From an uncultured Candidatus Saccharibacteria bacterium (lineage in GTDB: Bacteria > Patescibacteriota > Minisyncoccia > UBA6257 > 2-01-FULL-56-20), in the NCBI GenBank assembly GCA_964646415.1, contig CAZYEL010000001.1:394-64393 (forward strand): a stretch of 64,000 nt of DNA, read 5' to 3'. The notes under the pieces were generated by a model. That model saw only the letters and a program-made list of their open reading frames with translations. It was not told the origin of the DNA and did no database searches. Positions 17,479 through 27,503 of the stretch are shown here, piece after piece. Position numbers and translations under genes: made by a program. Numbering within the stretch: position 1 is the first letter of the stretch; every line of letters starts with the position of its first letter.

Positions 17479-18174
17479 CTATTGCTTTACTATCGCGTCA
17501 AACCGGTCCATTGCCTGACCAGCTTGGCCATTGAAGGTGTTGATTGCCTGCACTTCCGCGTTAATCTGGTTCACCAGCACTGCCACCTGCTTCGCCGAAC
17601 CCGGCACTCCATTGAATCGGTTCTTCAAGGCCTGAAGAAGATCGCTCAAGTAGTTGCTGTAATTAATGAGCTTGTTCAGAAGCGCAAGACGGCTCGCGAT
17701 AGACTCAAGCGCCGCTTGCCGCGCTTCGAACGACTGGATCCCCGAGAGCGCTTTCGTCATCACGCCAATTTCATCCGCGAGCGCCACCGCTTGATTGCGG
17801 ATATCCTCGCTCTTTTTTGCGGCATCAAACGTGATGGCGAGCGCGTCGGAGAATTTCCCCTCCTTATCGAGCGCGCTGATTTTCTCAATATTTTTCCTGG
17901 AATCATTCGAAAGGTTCACAATATTTTGCGCAATCAGCGCACCCCGAAGACGGGCATCCTGAAACTCCGAAGGAATCCCTTGGGAAAAAGAAAAGAGGCG
18001 GCTCGCGCCATATCCCCCCAGCACGATTACAGCAAATACTGCAAATATTGTGGTTCGACGCGACATACGTTTGCTCTCTTTGTACCGCATCCCGGGGAAA
18101 AACGCAACAAGAAGCGGAAGCCGAACTGGCTCATACGGTATGGTATAATGGTGATATGGTAAGAAATCCAACAC
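17479..18174 (-). CDS. hypothetical membrane-anchored protein (probable start MSRRTTIFAV at 18066)
   Basis: An N-terminal TM helix followed by a helical, Ala/Leu/Gln-rich domain. No catalytic motifs. Confidence 0.4.
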   Translation of the reverse strand: MLDFLPYHHYTIPYEPVRLPLLVAFFPGMRYKESKRMSRRTTIFAVFAVIVLGGYGASRLFSFSQGIPSEFQDARLRGALIAQNIVNLSNDSRKNIEKISALDKEGKFSDALAITFDAAKKSEDIRNQAVALADEIGVMTKALSGIQSFEARQAALESIASRLALLNKLINYSNYLSDLLQALKNRFNGVPGSAKQVAVLVNQINAEVQAINTFNGQAGQAMDRFDAIVKQ

Positions 18175-18824
18175 TACGAGAACAAGCGGGAAAGTTGAGG
18201 CAAGACGGATACTCGTACAACATGATCAACGAAAAAATCGGGGTTTCTAAAAGCACGCTGAGCGATTGGTTCAGAGATAAACCCTTTACCCCCAACCAAG
18301 AGGTTCTCCAGCGAATCCAATATGGCCCGATAAAGTCTGGGGCGTTGAAACATAATAAGAAAGTTGAAGAAGTCCGGAAGCTCCGCGAGGAAGGGGTACG
18401 AGAAATCGGAGCACTCACGAGGAGAGATTTGTGGTTACTGGGAATAGGACTCTATATCGGTGAAGGGTCAAAAACTCACGACATAATACGAGTTATCAAC
18501 TCCGACCCAAAGGTCATTAAATTAATGATGCGCTGGTTTCAAGAGGCGTGTAATGTAGAAAAAGGAAATATCACAGTGAGACTCTTCCTCTATCCGGACA
18601 ACGATCTGCGCGAGTGCACAGAATATTGGCGAAAAATTACCGGCCTCCCTTTCGCAAGTTTTAGGAAACCTCAAATCGACCAGCGGGCGAATAAATCCGA
18701 CTTAAATAAGAGAAAGTTGCCTTACGGCACTGCGCACGTTACCATTGTGTGCGGGAATGACCCTTCTAAAGGAGTGAGGCTCCATAGAAAAATAATGGGC
18801 TGGATCGCAGGCGCACTTTCCTAG
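18156..18824 (+). CDS. HTH + LAGLIDADG-like homing-endonuclease-family protein (paralog 2)
   Basis: HTH 'GYSYNMINEKIGVSKSTLSDWF' and LAGLIDADG-type motif 'LWLLGIGLYIGEGSK'. Extended -10 'TGgTATAAT' at 18141-18149. Ends 15 nt upstream of tRNA-Gly. Confidence 0.6.
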   Translation: MVRNPTLREQAGKLRQDGYSYNMINEKIGVSKSTLSDWFRDKPFTPNQEVLQRIQYGPIKSGALKHNKKVEEVRKLREEGVREIGALTRRDLWLLGIGLYIGEGSKTHDIIRVINSDPKVIKLMMRWFQEACNVEKGNITVRLFLYPDNDLRECTEYWRKITGLPFASFRKPQIDQRANKSDLNKRKLPYGTAHVTIVCGNDPSKGVRLHRKIMGWIAGALS

Positions 18825-18839
18825 CTAGAGAAAACAAAC

Positions 18840-18910
18840 GCGGGCGTAGTATAGTGGTAGTACGGAACCCTTCCAAGGTTCAGGTACGGGTTCAATTCCC
18901 GTCGCCCGCT
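18840..18910 (+). tRNA. tRNA-Gly(TCC)
   Basis: GCGGGCG...CGCCCGC acceptor, anticodon stem GAACC/GGTTC with loop CTTCCAA, T-arm ACGGG-TTCAATT-CCCGT. No encoded CCA. Confidence 0.85.
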
Positions 18911-18913
18911 CCC

Positions 18914-20176
18914 TTACAAAACTTTCACGCGAAAGAAGTGCCGTTTACCAATTTTTATAACATCGCCATCTTTCAAAAAAGCGCTCGCAGCCCACGGATT
19001 TCTCACTCTTACAATCTTGGATCCTTGCGTCACTTGGATAGCCCCTTGCTGAATTAGCCTTTGGACACTACTTTTGGTCGCCACTACTCCGGTTTTCAAA
19101 ATAACATCACGGAACTTTTTTTCCTTTGTGAGATTAACCTGTAGCAAAGGCAAGTCCGACAACATAATTGCTTCCTTCCGCGAAAAGAGCGCGTTGAATT
19201 TTTCCGCTGCCGCCACCGCCTCCTTCTCCCCGTGATAACGCCCAACCACCGCATGGGCAAGTTTCTCCTTAATGTCTTTCGGATTCGCGCGCCGGTCCGC
19301 GAGCGCGCGCTCAAACTCTTTTATTTCAGGCTCCGGAACTTCGGTTGCGAGCGTAAAGTAACGCACGATGAGCGAATCTGGAATGGACATCACCTTCCCA
19401 AACATTTCTGCGGGCTTTTCGTCTAAGCTTATGTAGTTGCCGAGACTCTTGCTCATTTTCTTTACTCCATCCAACCCTTCAAGCAAAGAAGTGGTCATAA
19501 CATCCTGTTCCCCCATCCCGAAGTGCCGCTGTACGCGACGCCCCATGAGCAAGTTAAAAAGCTGGTCTGTCCCCCCAAGTTCCACGTCTGCTTCCACTTT
19601 CACCGAATCATATCCCTGGAGCAAAGGGTACATGACCTCTAGAAGAGTGACATCCTGATCCGCGCGAAGACGCTTCCTAAAATCAGCACGCCGTAAAACC
19701 TGCTGTATGCTGCCGGCGCTCGCGAGCTGTATCAGTTTCCCCACTCCTTCAGTCGCGAACCACTCGCTGTTGTGCCGAATTTCCACCTTCTTGATGTCCA
19801 ATATCGTGCCCGCGTGAGCCACATATTTCTTTTGATTTGTGGCAATTTCTTTTTCGCTCAATACCTTCCGCGTCTCGGATCTTCCAGACGGATCTCCCAC
19901 CTGCGCCGTAAAGTCCCCGATGATAAGAACTATGGTGTGGTCAAGCTCCTGAAACTCGCGGAGCTTCCAGAGCACCACCGCGTGCCCAAGATGCAAATCC
20001 GGCGACGTGGGGTCAATTCCCAATTTCACTCGCAACTTCCTTCCGCTTCGGAGCGCCTCGGCAAGATGTCCGCGGTCAATAACTTTCTCCACGTTTCGCG
20101 CGAGGAGATGCTCAATTCTTTTTTCATCCACTTTCGCCATAACCTCTATTCTATACGAAAACCCCCGCCAGTCCAT
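18914..20176 (-). CDS. tyrS: tyrosine--tRNA ligase (probable start MAKVDEK at 20140)
   Basis: HIGH motif 'PTSPDLHLGHAV', KMSKS motif 'KMSKSLGN' and a C-terminal S4 domain. Confidence 0.9.
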   Translation of the reverse strand: MDWRGFSYRIEVMAKVDEKRIEHLLARNVEKVIDRGHLAEALRSGRKLRVKLGIDPTSPDLHLGHAVVLWKLREFQELDHTIVLIIGDFTAQVGDPSGRSETRKVLSEKEIATNQKKYVAHAGTILDIKKVEIRHNSEWFATEGVGKLIQLASAGSIQQVLRRADFRKRLRADQDVTLLEVMYPLLQGYDSVKVEADVELGGTDQLFNLLMGRRVQRHFGMGEQDVMTTSLLEGLDGVKKMSKSLGNYISLDEKPAEMFGKVMSIPDSLIVRYFTLATEVPEPEIKEFERALADRRANPKDIKEKLAHAVVGRYHGEKEAVAAAEKFNALFSRKEAIMLSDLPLLQVNLTKEKKFRDVILKTGVVATKSSVQRLIQQGAIQVTQGSKIVRVRNPWAASAFLKDGDVIKIGKRHFFRVKVL

Positions 20177-20222
20177 GGACTGGCGGGGCGAATCCTCACA
20201 GCTGACAGGCGCGCACGCGCAA

Positions 20223-20846
20223 TTACGACTTCTTCACAATTTGGTCAATCAAGCCGTACTCTTTCGCTTCCGCGGCGGTCATGTAGAAATCGCGGTCGGT
20301 GTCTTTCTCTATTTTCCCGATAGCCTGTCCCGTGTGCTTCGCGAGAATCTGGTTGATGTTGTCTTTAATCTTAATAATGTGCCGCGCGGTGATTTCCACT
20401 TCGGTTGCCTGGCCCTCGGCGCCACCCATGACCTGGTGCAGAAGAATTTCCGAGTTTGGCAACGTGAAGCGCTTCCCCTTCTTTCCCGCAGCGAGCAGCA
20501 CCGCGCCCATTGACGCCGCCATGCCTACGCACATCGTAACCACATCCGGCTTCACATACTGCATCGTGTCGTAAATCGCCATTCCCGCCGTTACCGACCC
20601 GCCGGGAGTATTCAGGTACAACTTAATATCTTTTTTCGAATCCTCATGCTCAAGGAACAGTAACTGGGCAATCACATTATTTGCCACCGCATCATTCACG
20701 GGTCCTCCCAAAAAAATGATGCGCTCTTTGAGAAGGCGGGAATAAATGTCGTACGCCCGTTCGCCATACTGGCTTTTTTCGATAACGGTGGGGATAAGAT
20801 TCATCTTGGCATAAATCCGAAACTCTAATTTCGAAATCCTAAACAA
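20223..20846 (-). CDS. clpP: ATP-dependent Clp protease proteolytic subunit (probable start MNLIPTV at 20804)
   Basis: Catalytic Ser region '[14 protein letters not shown]' and 'RIIFLGGPV'. Confidence 0.9.
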   Translation of the reverse strand: MFRISKLEFRIYAKMNLIPTVIEKSQYGERAYDIYSRLLKERIIFLGGPVNDAVANNVIAQLLFLEHEDSKKDIKLYLNTPGGSVTAGMAIYDTMQYVKPDVVTMCVGMAASMGAVLLAAGKKGKRFTLPNSEILLHQVMGGAEGQATEVEITARHIIKIKDNINQILAKHTGQAIGKIEKDTDRDFYMTAAEAKEYGLIDQIVKKS

Positions 20847-20940
20847 ATGACAAATTCTAAACTCGAATGCTCCAAACTTTGGAATTTAGATATTCGTGTT
20901 TGGAATTTGTTTAGAGTTTCGTGTTTCGATATTCGGATTT
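20824..20940. repeat. AT-rich palindromic intergenic element (cargo-less member of the TTGGAATTT/GAAATCCGAATATCGAAA repeat family)
   Basis: Left arm 'tcgaaatcctaaacaaat' and right arm 'atttgtttagagtttcgtgtttcgatattcggattt' are inverted. The right arm reverse complement shares an exact 18-mer 'gaaatccgaatatcgaaa' with 39972..39989. Confidence 0.7.
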
Positions 20941-22958
20941 TACAGGAAGGGTACTAGAAGTAAAGCAATGATGTTTATGATTTTGATCACCGGGTTGATT
21001 GCGGGACCAGCCGTGTCTTTATAAGGGTCGCCCACCGTATCGCCGGTCACCGCCGCTTTATGCGCCTGCGAACCCTTCCCGCCAAAATTCCCTTCTTCGA
21101 TATATTTCTTCGCATTGTCCCATGCAGCACCGCCGGACGTCATCGAGAGCGCGACGAAAAGCCCCGTCACAATCGAACCGAGGAGCAGCCCTCCCAACGC
21201 CTTGGGTCCCATAGTGAATGCGACCACAATCGGGATTGCCACCGGCAAGAGCGCAGGAATCACCATCTCCTTAATCGCCGCGCGCGTCACGATGTCCACG
21301 CATTTCGCATAATCCGGTTTCGCGGTCCCCGCCATGATCCCCGGAATTTCTTTAAACTGCCTCCGTACTTCCTGCACCACGCTCCCCGCAGCTTTCCCCA
21401 CGGCACGCATGGAGATTGAAGCGAATAAATAAGGGATCAGCCCCCCAATCAAAAGCCCGGCAATTACCTTGGGGTCGGTAAGGTCGAAAGACTGTCCCGC
21501 GTGCCGCGCGCCGAGATCGTGTACGTAGGAGGCGAAGAGCACTACCGCCGCAAGCCCTGCCGAACCGATCGCATACCCTTTCGTCACCGCCTTTGTCGTA
21601 TTCCCCACCGAGTCAAGCGCGTCCGTAACTTCCCGCACCGATTCCGGAAGCCCCGCCATTTCCGCAATACCGCCCGCATTGTCCGTAATCGGGCCGAACG
21701 CATCAATCGCAACAACAATGCCCGTCATCGAGAGCATGCTCATTACCGCAAGCGCCACGCCGTAGAGTCCTGCCGCAGCGTACGAACCGAGTATGCCTCC
21801 CACAATCACTAAAATCGGAAGCGCGGTCGCCTCCATCCCCACGGAGAGTCCCGCGATGATATTCGTGCCATGGCCGGTTTCGGATGCCTGCGCAATCGAG
21901 CGCACGGGACGGAACTTCTTTGAAGTGTAGTACTCGGTAATCAGCACAATGAGCGCGGTAACCGCAACTCCTATCGCCATCGGGACGAAAAGCTCCCACC
22001 GCCCCAATTCAAACGCCCCCGAAAAGCGCGCACTCACAAACCAAAATCCGGCGAGTGAGAGCACGCTTGAACTGATAAGCCCTTTGTAGAGCGCCCCCAT
22101 AATATTTGCGCTTTTTGCAGGGCTGCCCGCAACGCCTTGTTTATCGGCGGGCAAGCGCACAAAAAATATCCCCAGCACCGAGGCAATGGCCGCGATACCT
22201 CCCATAACGAGAGGCAATGTGACTGCCACCGCGTTCCCAGGGAACGTAAGCGCCCCCAGGATCATTGCCGCAATAGCGGTGACTGCATATGTTTCAAAAA
22301 GGTCCGCCGCCATCCCCGCACAGTCGCCCACATTGTCGCCCACATTATCCGCAATCACCGCAGGATTCCGCGGGTCGTCCTCCGGAATCCCCGCCTCCAC
22401 TTTCCCCACAAGGTCTGCTCCCACATCCGCTCCTTTTGTGAAAATTCCGCCGCCCAAACGGGCAAACACGGAAATCAAACTGCCGCCGAATCCAAGGCCG
22501 ATGAGCGCATTCACATCTCTCGTCGCCGCATAAAACCCGGTGACCGCGAGAAGTGCCAATCCCACCACAAGGAGCCCGGTGACCGCTCCCCCCTCGAATG
22601 CCACCGCGAGCGCCTCGCGCAACCCGCGCTTCGCGGCCTCGGCGGTTTTCACATTCGCGCGCACCGATACGTTCATTCCCACATACCCGGCCACGCCCGA
22701 AGCAATCGCGCCAATGACAAAACCAATCATCGTTGCTTTATTCACCAGCACACCTATAACCACCGCCACAATCACCGCAACCACCGCAATGGTTGTGTAC
22801 TGACGGTTCAGATATGCTTTTGCGCCGGTCCGTATCGCACTTGCAATTTCCTCCATCCGCTCATCCCCCCGCGCCCGCTTCGCAACACGCCTCCCCAACC
22901 ATGCCGCCGCGACTATAGATACCACACTCGCCCACACCGCAAACGTGACTGCTGACAT
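20940..22958 (-). CDS. hppA: membrane-bound proton-translocating pyrophosphatase (V-PPase)
   Basis: 672-aa polytopic protein with '[19 protein letters not shown]', '[19 protein letters not shown]' and '[12 protein letters not shown]' signature motifs. Confidence 0.9.
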   Translation of the reverse strand: MSAVTFAVWASVVSIVAAAWLGRRVAKRARGDERMEEIASAIRTGAKAYLNRQYTTIAVVAVIVAVVIGVLVNKATMIGFVIGAIASGVAGYVGMNVSVRANVKTAEAAKRGLREALAVAFEGGAVTGLLVVGLALLAVTGFYAATRDVNALIGLGFGGSLISVFARLGGGIFTKGADVGADLVGKVEAGIPEDDPRNPAVIADNVGDNVGDCAGMAADLFETYAVTAIAAMILGALTFPGNAVAVTLPLVMGGIAAIASVLGIFFVRLPADKQGVAGSPAKSANIMGALYKGLISSSVLSLAGFWFVSARFSGAFELGRWELFVPMAIGVAVTALIVLITEYYTSKKFRPVRSIAQASETGHGTNIIAGLSVGMEATALPILVIVGGILGSYAAAGLYGVALAVMSMLSMTGIVVAIDAFGPITDNAGGIAEMAGLPESVREVTDALDSVGNTTKAVTKGYAIGSAGLAAVVLFASYVHDLGARHAGQSFDLTDPKVIAGLLIGGLIPYLFASISMRAVGKAAGSVVQEVRRQFKEIPGIMAGTAKPDYAKCVDIVTRAAIKEMVIPALLPVAIPIVVAFTMGPKALGGLLLGSIVTGLFVALSMTSGGAAWDNAKKYIEEGNFGGKGSQAHKAAVTGDTVGDPYKDTAGPAINPVIKIINIIALLLVPFL

Positions 22959-22971
22959 AACAATCTTTTAG

Positions 22972-24273
22972 TTATTCCTTCGCTTCCTTGACCGAGGAAG
23001 CCTCATCGTTTTCTTTTTCATCTTTAACTTCGGGAATACCGGCTACTCCCCCCTCCTGCGTTTCTTCGGGACGGGTCTGGGAACGTACATCAAGCTTCCA
23101 TCCGGTAAGCTTCGCCGCGAGGCGGACATTCTGCCCGCCTCTCCCGATTGCAAGACTCAATTGGTCTTCGGGCACGTACACGCGCGCCTCCCGGCGAGGG
23201 AGTACTTCGACGCGCTCGGCTTTCGCGGGCGACAACGCATTGCCCACAAATTTCCCCGGGTCTTCTGACCATTCTATAATGTCCACCTTCTCCGGACCAA
23301 GCTCATTCGTAACCGCCATAACCCGCGTGCCGCGCTGCCCCACAAGCGCACCCACCGGATCCACCCCCTCCGCTTTCGATGCCGCGGCAATCTTCGTGCG
23401 GTTCCCCGCTTCCCGGGCAATCGCTTTTACTTCCACAACTCCTTCCGCAAGCTCGGGAACTTCAAGTTCAAAAAGTTTCGCGACGAACTTAGGATGCGAA
23501 CGTGAAAGCACGATGCCCGGCAGACGCGTGTCTTCTTGCACCGCAAGCACGAGAAAGCGCAGACGCTCTCCCGAGCGGTAATGCTCTCCCGGAATGGACT
23601 CGTTTGCAAACATCACCCCCACCGTGCGTCCAAGGTCGATGTACACATGTCCCCGCTCGAACCGCTGTACGATGCCGCTCACAATTTGCCCTTCTTTATC
23701 GCGCCATTCGGAGAGAATCGAGTCACGTTCCGATTCCCGCAATTTCTGGAGGATGATTTGCTTCGCAGTCTGGGCCGCGATGCGGCTGAAGTCCTCATGC
23801 GTCTCAAGCGGGAACAGCATCTCATCGCCAAGCTTCACGTTTGGTTTTACTTTCTTCGCTTCATCGAGCAATACATGCCGCTCGGCGTTGTAGCGGGGCA
23901 ACGCCGCTTCTCCTTGCTGCTCCGGAGATACTGCTTCGGGCACTGCTGCCTCCTCCGTTCCCTCCTCCACTATCCGCACCGTCGATTCGTCGACAATCGT
24001 CTTCACCTGCCAGAAACGCAACTCGCCCGATTTCGAGTCGAGCTTCGCTCTCACAATATCTCCACGCGTTCCGTATTCTTTTTTATACGCAGCCGCGATA
24101 GATGATTCGATCGCTTCAAGCACCCGTTCAGGCTCAAGCCCCTTTTCTTCGGCGACTTGTTTGAGCGCCCGGGATATATCTTTTATGTTCAGCATCGTAT
24201 TAATTAAAAATCCCGCATACGCGGAATTCATTCCTTGCCTATCCAGGCTACTCCAATGCGACGCAGGGGTCAA
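22972..24273 (-). CDS. nusA: transcription termination/antitermination factor NusA (probable start MLNIKDIS at 24195)
   Basis: NusA N-terminal domain, S1 domain and two KH domains ('AIGRGGQNVRLAAKLTGWKLDV'). Confidence 0.9.
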   Translation of the reverse strand: MTPASHWSSLDRQGMNSAYAGFLINTMLNIKDISRALKQVAEEKGLEPERVLEAIESSIAAAYKKEYGTRGDIVRAKLDSKSGELRFWQVKTIVDESTVRIVEEGTEEAAVPEAVSPEQQGEAALPRYNAERHVLLDEAKKVKPNVKLGDEMLFPLETHEDFSRIAAQTAKQIILQKLRESERDSILSEWRDKEGQIVSGIVQRFERGHVYIDLGRTVGVMFANESIPGEHYRSGERLRFLVLAVQEDTRLPGIVLSRSHPKFVAKLFELEVPELAEGVVEVKAIAREAGNRTKIAAASKAEGVDPVGALVGQRGTRVMAVTNELGPEKVDIIEWSEDPGKFVGNALSPAKAERVEVLPRREARVYVPEDQLSLAIGRGGQNVRLAAKLTGWKLDVRSQTRPEETQEGGVAGIPEVKDEKENDEASSVKEAKE

Positions 24274-24278
24274 CCCCT

Positions 24279-24698
24279 CTATCCGACATTTTCATAGTGC
24301 CGGATGGCAGACTTCTCTTCTTCTTCCATAGTGATTGCGACAAGGTCGATCTGCCACCCGCGCCTCTCACGGAGCAATTCATCATGCTCATTCGCGAAAA
24401 GCATGGAGGTGCGCCGCAGTTTTCGTATTTTAGCACCCGACATTTGATCTTCCGGCTGGAGACTCCCTCTGCGCATTGTCTTCACTTCCACGAAGACCAG
24501 CGTACCGTTTGGATGTTTTGCAATGATATCAATCTCCCCCCACGGCTTGCGGTAATTCCGCTCGATGATACGGTAGCCCTTTCTTGAAAGGAATCCGGAG
24601 GCAATGTCCTCGCCAAGTTTTCCAGTCTCCCCTTTCTTCATGCTATATAATAGTACTGTATGCGCGCCAACAGTTAAACTATGTTTCGTGATAAACAA
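24279..24698 (-). CDS. YraN-family (UPF0102) endonuclease (probable start MKKGETG at 24641)
   Basis: '[22 protein letters not shown]...GEIDIIA' is the YraN PD-(D/E)xK signature. Confidence 0.7.
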   Translation of the reverse strand: MFITKHSLTVGAHTVLLYSMKKGETGKLGEDIASGFLSRKGYRIIERNYRKPWGEIDIIAKHPNGTLVFVEVKTMRRGSLQPEDQMSGAKIRKLRRTSMLFANEHDELLRERRGWQIDLVAITMEEEEKSAIRHYENVG

Positions 24699-25477
24699 AT
24701 GCTCACTTACGACTACATAAGGGGATTAATAACGGGTGAGGGATGCTTCACATTTTGCAGCGTTAGACATAAGGAGAAAGGAATTGTAAGTAATATTCCC
24801 ACATTTGCATTGGGGATGAACGAAAGGGATAAGATTCTTGTAGAAATCGTAAAAGAGTCGCTAGGTCTGAGAAATAGGATTTACGCATACGCTCCGAGAA
24901 AAAGGAAGGATGGTTATAAAAGGGCAGGAAGCGTACACCTCATGGTAAGGGATTTCGGACAACTGAAAAATGTGATAGTGCCGCTCTGCTATAAGAAGTT
25001 AAAAGGGCATAAGTCAATACAATTCGAGGAATGGATATTTGCGATAGAAAGCGATCCAACGGTACCAAAAATATACAAACTCATACCAAAAATCTATAAG
25101 TCGGGATTTTATGAGAATATCAAAAAGTTTGATTAAAATTTTCCCATTTGTTTGTTGAATCACAAACCAAAATTTCCTAAATCATAGAAAACATCAAATA
25201 ATCTATATTTACCAATGGTTTGTCAGTGTTTATCAATAAATGCACATTTTCTGACAAACAAAAAAGTTTATCAGAAATATTAGCCTTCAATCTAAATCCT
25301 TTGTATATTCTATTTCCGGCAATAACTCAGCAGTATGTATTGCCGAATACTATTGCCGATTTAATCCATGGAAATGGGTTCCTTTGGGCTCCGAGGGCTT
25401 AAAGCATTCTGCTCTTTCGCCTTCGCCAAAATCAAAGATGTAAAGCGCTGTGAGTAAGCGATGAGGGACTATATGGT
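24642..25477. mobile_element. AT-rich (~32% GC) island: LAGLIDADG HEG plus 340-nt ORF-less structured tail
   Basis: Sharp GC drop relative to flanking yraN and dksA. The tail contains hairpins 'gtttgtcag...ctgacaaac' and 'cggcaata...tattgccg'. Confidence 0.5.
24681..25136 (+). CDS. LAGLIDADG homing endonuclease (single-motif, free-standing)
   Basis: The motif '[12 protein letters not shown]' at residues 13-24, 151 aa and low-GC codon usage mark this as a classic I-CreI-like single-motif enzyme. Confidence 0.75.
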   Translation: MFRDKQMLTYDYIRGLITGEGCFTFCSVRHKEKGIVSNIPTFALGMNERDKILVEIVKESLGLRNRIYAYAPRKRKDGYKRAGSVHLMVRDFGQLKNVIVPLCYKKLKGHKSIQFEEWIFAIESDPTVPKIYKLIPKIYKSGFYENIKKFD

Positions 25478-25822
25478 ATGCTAGATTCCATGGACCAAAA
25501 AAATCTTTCGGAGTATCAGAGAAAATTAGAGGAGAGGAAGAAAGCGCTTCTTGCCGAGGTGAAGTCACATAACACTCCGGGAAGCTTCGGAAATGATGTC
25601 GACGCTTCAAGCGAAGAAACAGACCAGGCCGAAGAAGAGGGGAATCGGCAGGCAATCGCGGAATCGCTCCGAGACGACATTAACGAAGTGGACTCGGCGC
25701 TCGAGAAAATCCAGCGGGGAACGTACGGCGTATGCGAACAATGCGGCGCATCGATTGAAACCGACGTACTTGCAACCGCGCCTGAATCTGCGTTGTGCCG
25801 CTCATGCAAAAAAAAGAAGTAG
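25478..25822 (+). CDS. DksA/TraR-family C4-type zinc-finger protein
   Basis: An acidic coiled-coil followed by 'CEQCGASIETDVLATAPESALCRSC'. Confidence 0.7.
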   Translation: MLDSMDQKNLSEYQRKLEERKKALLAEVKSHNTPGSFGNDVDASSEETDQAEEEGNRQAIAESLRDDINEVDSALEKIQRGTYGVCEQCGASIETDVLATAPESALCRSCKKKK

Positions 25823-25864
25823 TGTCGTCCCATATGGTGCCCGCGGTGCAACTTTCCTAGTTTC

Positions 25865-27391
25865 ATGCGCGACCACCTTGCCCGCGTACACTCTGCAGAA
25901 CTTGAAGGGATTCACGCGCGCCCCATTGAGGTGGAAGTGGATTTGAATGTCGGGCTCCATTCGTTCACCATTGTCGGCCTTGCCGACAAAGCACTGAACG
26001 AAGCCCGCGAACGGGTGAACTCTTCACTTAAGAATTCGGGAGTAAAACCGCCCAACCGGGAGAACCGGAAAATCACGGTGAATCTCGCTCCTGCGGACGT
26101 AAAAAAAACCGGCTCGCAGTACGACCTTGCAATTGCAATCGGATATCTTCTTGCAACTCACCAGATACAAAAGTTCGAAACGCACGACAAGCTCTTTGTA
26201 GGGGAGCTTGCTTTGGACGGGCGGCTGCGACCGGTACGCGGCGCCTTGAGCATCAGTCATATGGCCGCTCAATCCGGATTCCGCTATGTATTTCTCCCCG
26301 CCTGCAACGCAAACGAAGCCTCGGTGGTTGCCGAAACACATGTGGTCCCGATTGAAACCCTGAACGATGCAATCGAGTTCCTTGAAAGCCGCCGGCCACT
26401 TGCGCGCCATGTATACCGCCCCGCGGAAGCTATCGCTTCGAATGTTCCGGACTTTGCCGACGTGAAAGGACAAGAAAATGCGAAGCGCGCACTCATCATC
26501 GCCGCGGCAGGAGGACACAACCTTCTAATGAGTGGGCCTCCAGGAGTAGGGAAGAGTCTTCTTGCCCAGGCAATGGTGAGCATCTTGCCGCCGATGGACC
26601 CCGAGGAATCCATCGAGGCCACCAAAATATGGAGTGCGGCGGGGCTTACCGTACAAGGACTTCTCACCGCGCGGCCTTTCCGCGCACCTCATCAAACCGC
26701 AACTCTTCCCGCAATCGTGGGAGGCGGCAGCGACCCAAAGCCGGGAGAAATCAGTCTTGCGCATCGCGGCGTACTCTTCCTCGACGAGTTTCCGGAGTTC
26801 CAACGGCATATTCTCGAAGCGCTCCGGGCACCCATGGAAACGGGCACAGTACATGTCGCCCGCGCAAAGGGCGCACTCACATTCCCCGCGCGTTTTACGC
26901 TTGTCGCCGCCATGAACCCCTGCCCATGCGGATACCATGGCGACCCAGAGAAAGACTGCAAATGCTCCCCGTACGAAGTAATTAAATATCAAAAGAAAAT
27001 CTCCGGACCGCTCACGGACCGGATTGACCTGCATGTGACCGTGCCCCGAGTACCGATCGCGCATCTCCGGGAATCACACACTTCCACGCTCACCAGTGCA
27101 GATGCCCGTGCGGCAATCACGGCCGCACGCGCCCGCCAGCGCACACGGCTTAGCCCGCGCCACATCACTACGAATGCCGATATGAACTCCAAACACGTCG
27201 AGTCTCTGCTCAACATGGATCGCACCGGCGAAGAATTCGTCGCCACACTCACGCACAGCGAACTCTCGCCTCGCGCATATTATCGCCTCCTCAAGACCGC
27301 CCGCACCGTTGCCGACCTCGAAGAATCCGAATTTGTTACCGCCTCACACCTTGCGGAAGCGTGGGGATATCGTGTCCGCGAGCAAGCGTAG
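25865..27391 (+). CDS. comM: YifB/ComM-family Mg-chelatase-like AAA+ ATPase
   Basis: An N-terminal Lon-like domain, Walker A 'GPPGVGKS', 'GVLFLDEFPEF' and a C-terminal Mg-chelatase ChlI domain. Confidence 0.85.
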   Translation: MRDHLARVHSAELEGIHARPIEVEVDLNVGLHSFTIVGLADKALNEARERVNSSLKNSGVKPPNRENRKITVNLAPADVKKTGSQYDLAIAIGYLLATHQIQKFETHDKLFVGELALDGRLRPVRGALSISHMAAQSGFRYVFLPACNANEASVVAETHVVPIETLNDAIEFLESRRPLARHVYRPAEAIASNVPDFADVKGQENAKRALIIAAAGGHNLLMSGPPGVGKSLLAQAMVSILPPMDPEESIEATKIWSAAGLTVQGLLTARPFRAPHQTATLPAIVGGGSDPKPGEISLAHRGVLFLDEFPEFQRHILEALRAPMETGTVHVARAKGALTFPARFTLVAAMNPCPCGYHGDPEKDCKCSPYEVIKYQKKISGPLTDRIDLHVTVPRVPIAHLRESHTSTLTSADARAAITAARARQRTRLSPRHITTNADMNSKHVESLLNMDRTGEEFVATLTHSELSPRAYYRLLKTARTVADLEESEFVTASHLAEAWGYRVREQA

Positions 27392-27503
27392 GAGTATCGA
27401 TGCTAATATACAAATTCTACTAATGCTACAAATGGGGTGCGGATGATCTCTACCTGTAATCCATTCGTATAATTAGTACCCATTAGTATATTGGCGTCGT
27501 GTA

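Noticed and set aside
22137-22955. 272-aa plus-strand ORF inside hppA
   Set aside because: It is antisense to the pyrophosphatase. The sequence is extremely His/Arg/Cys-rich, implausible as a protein.
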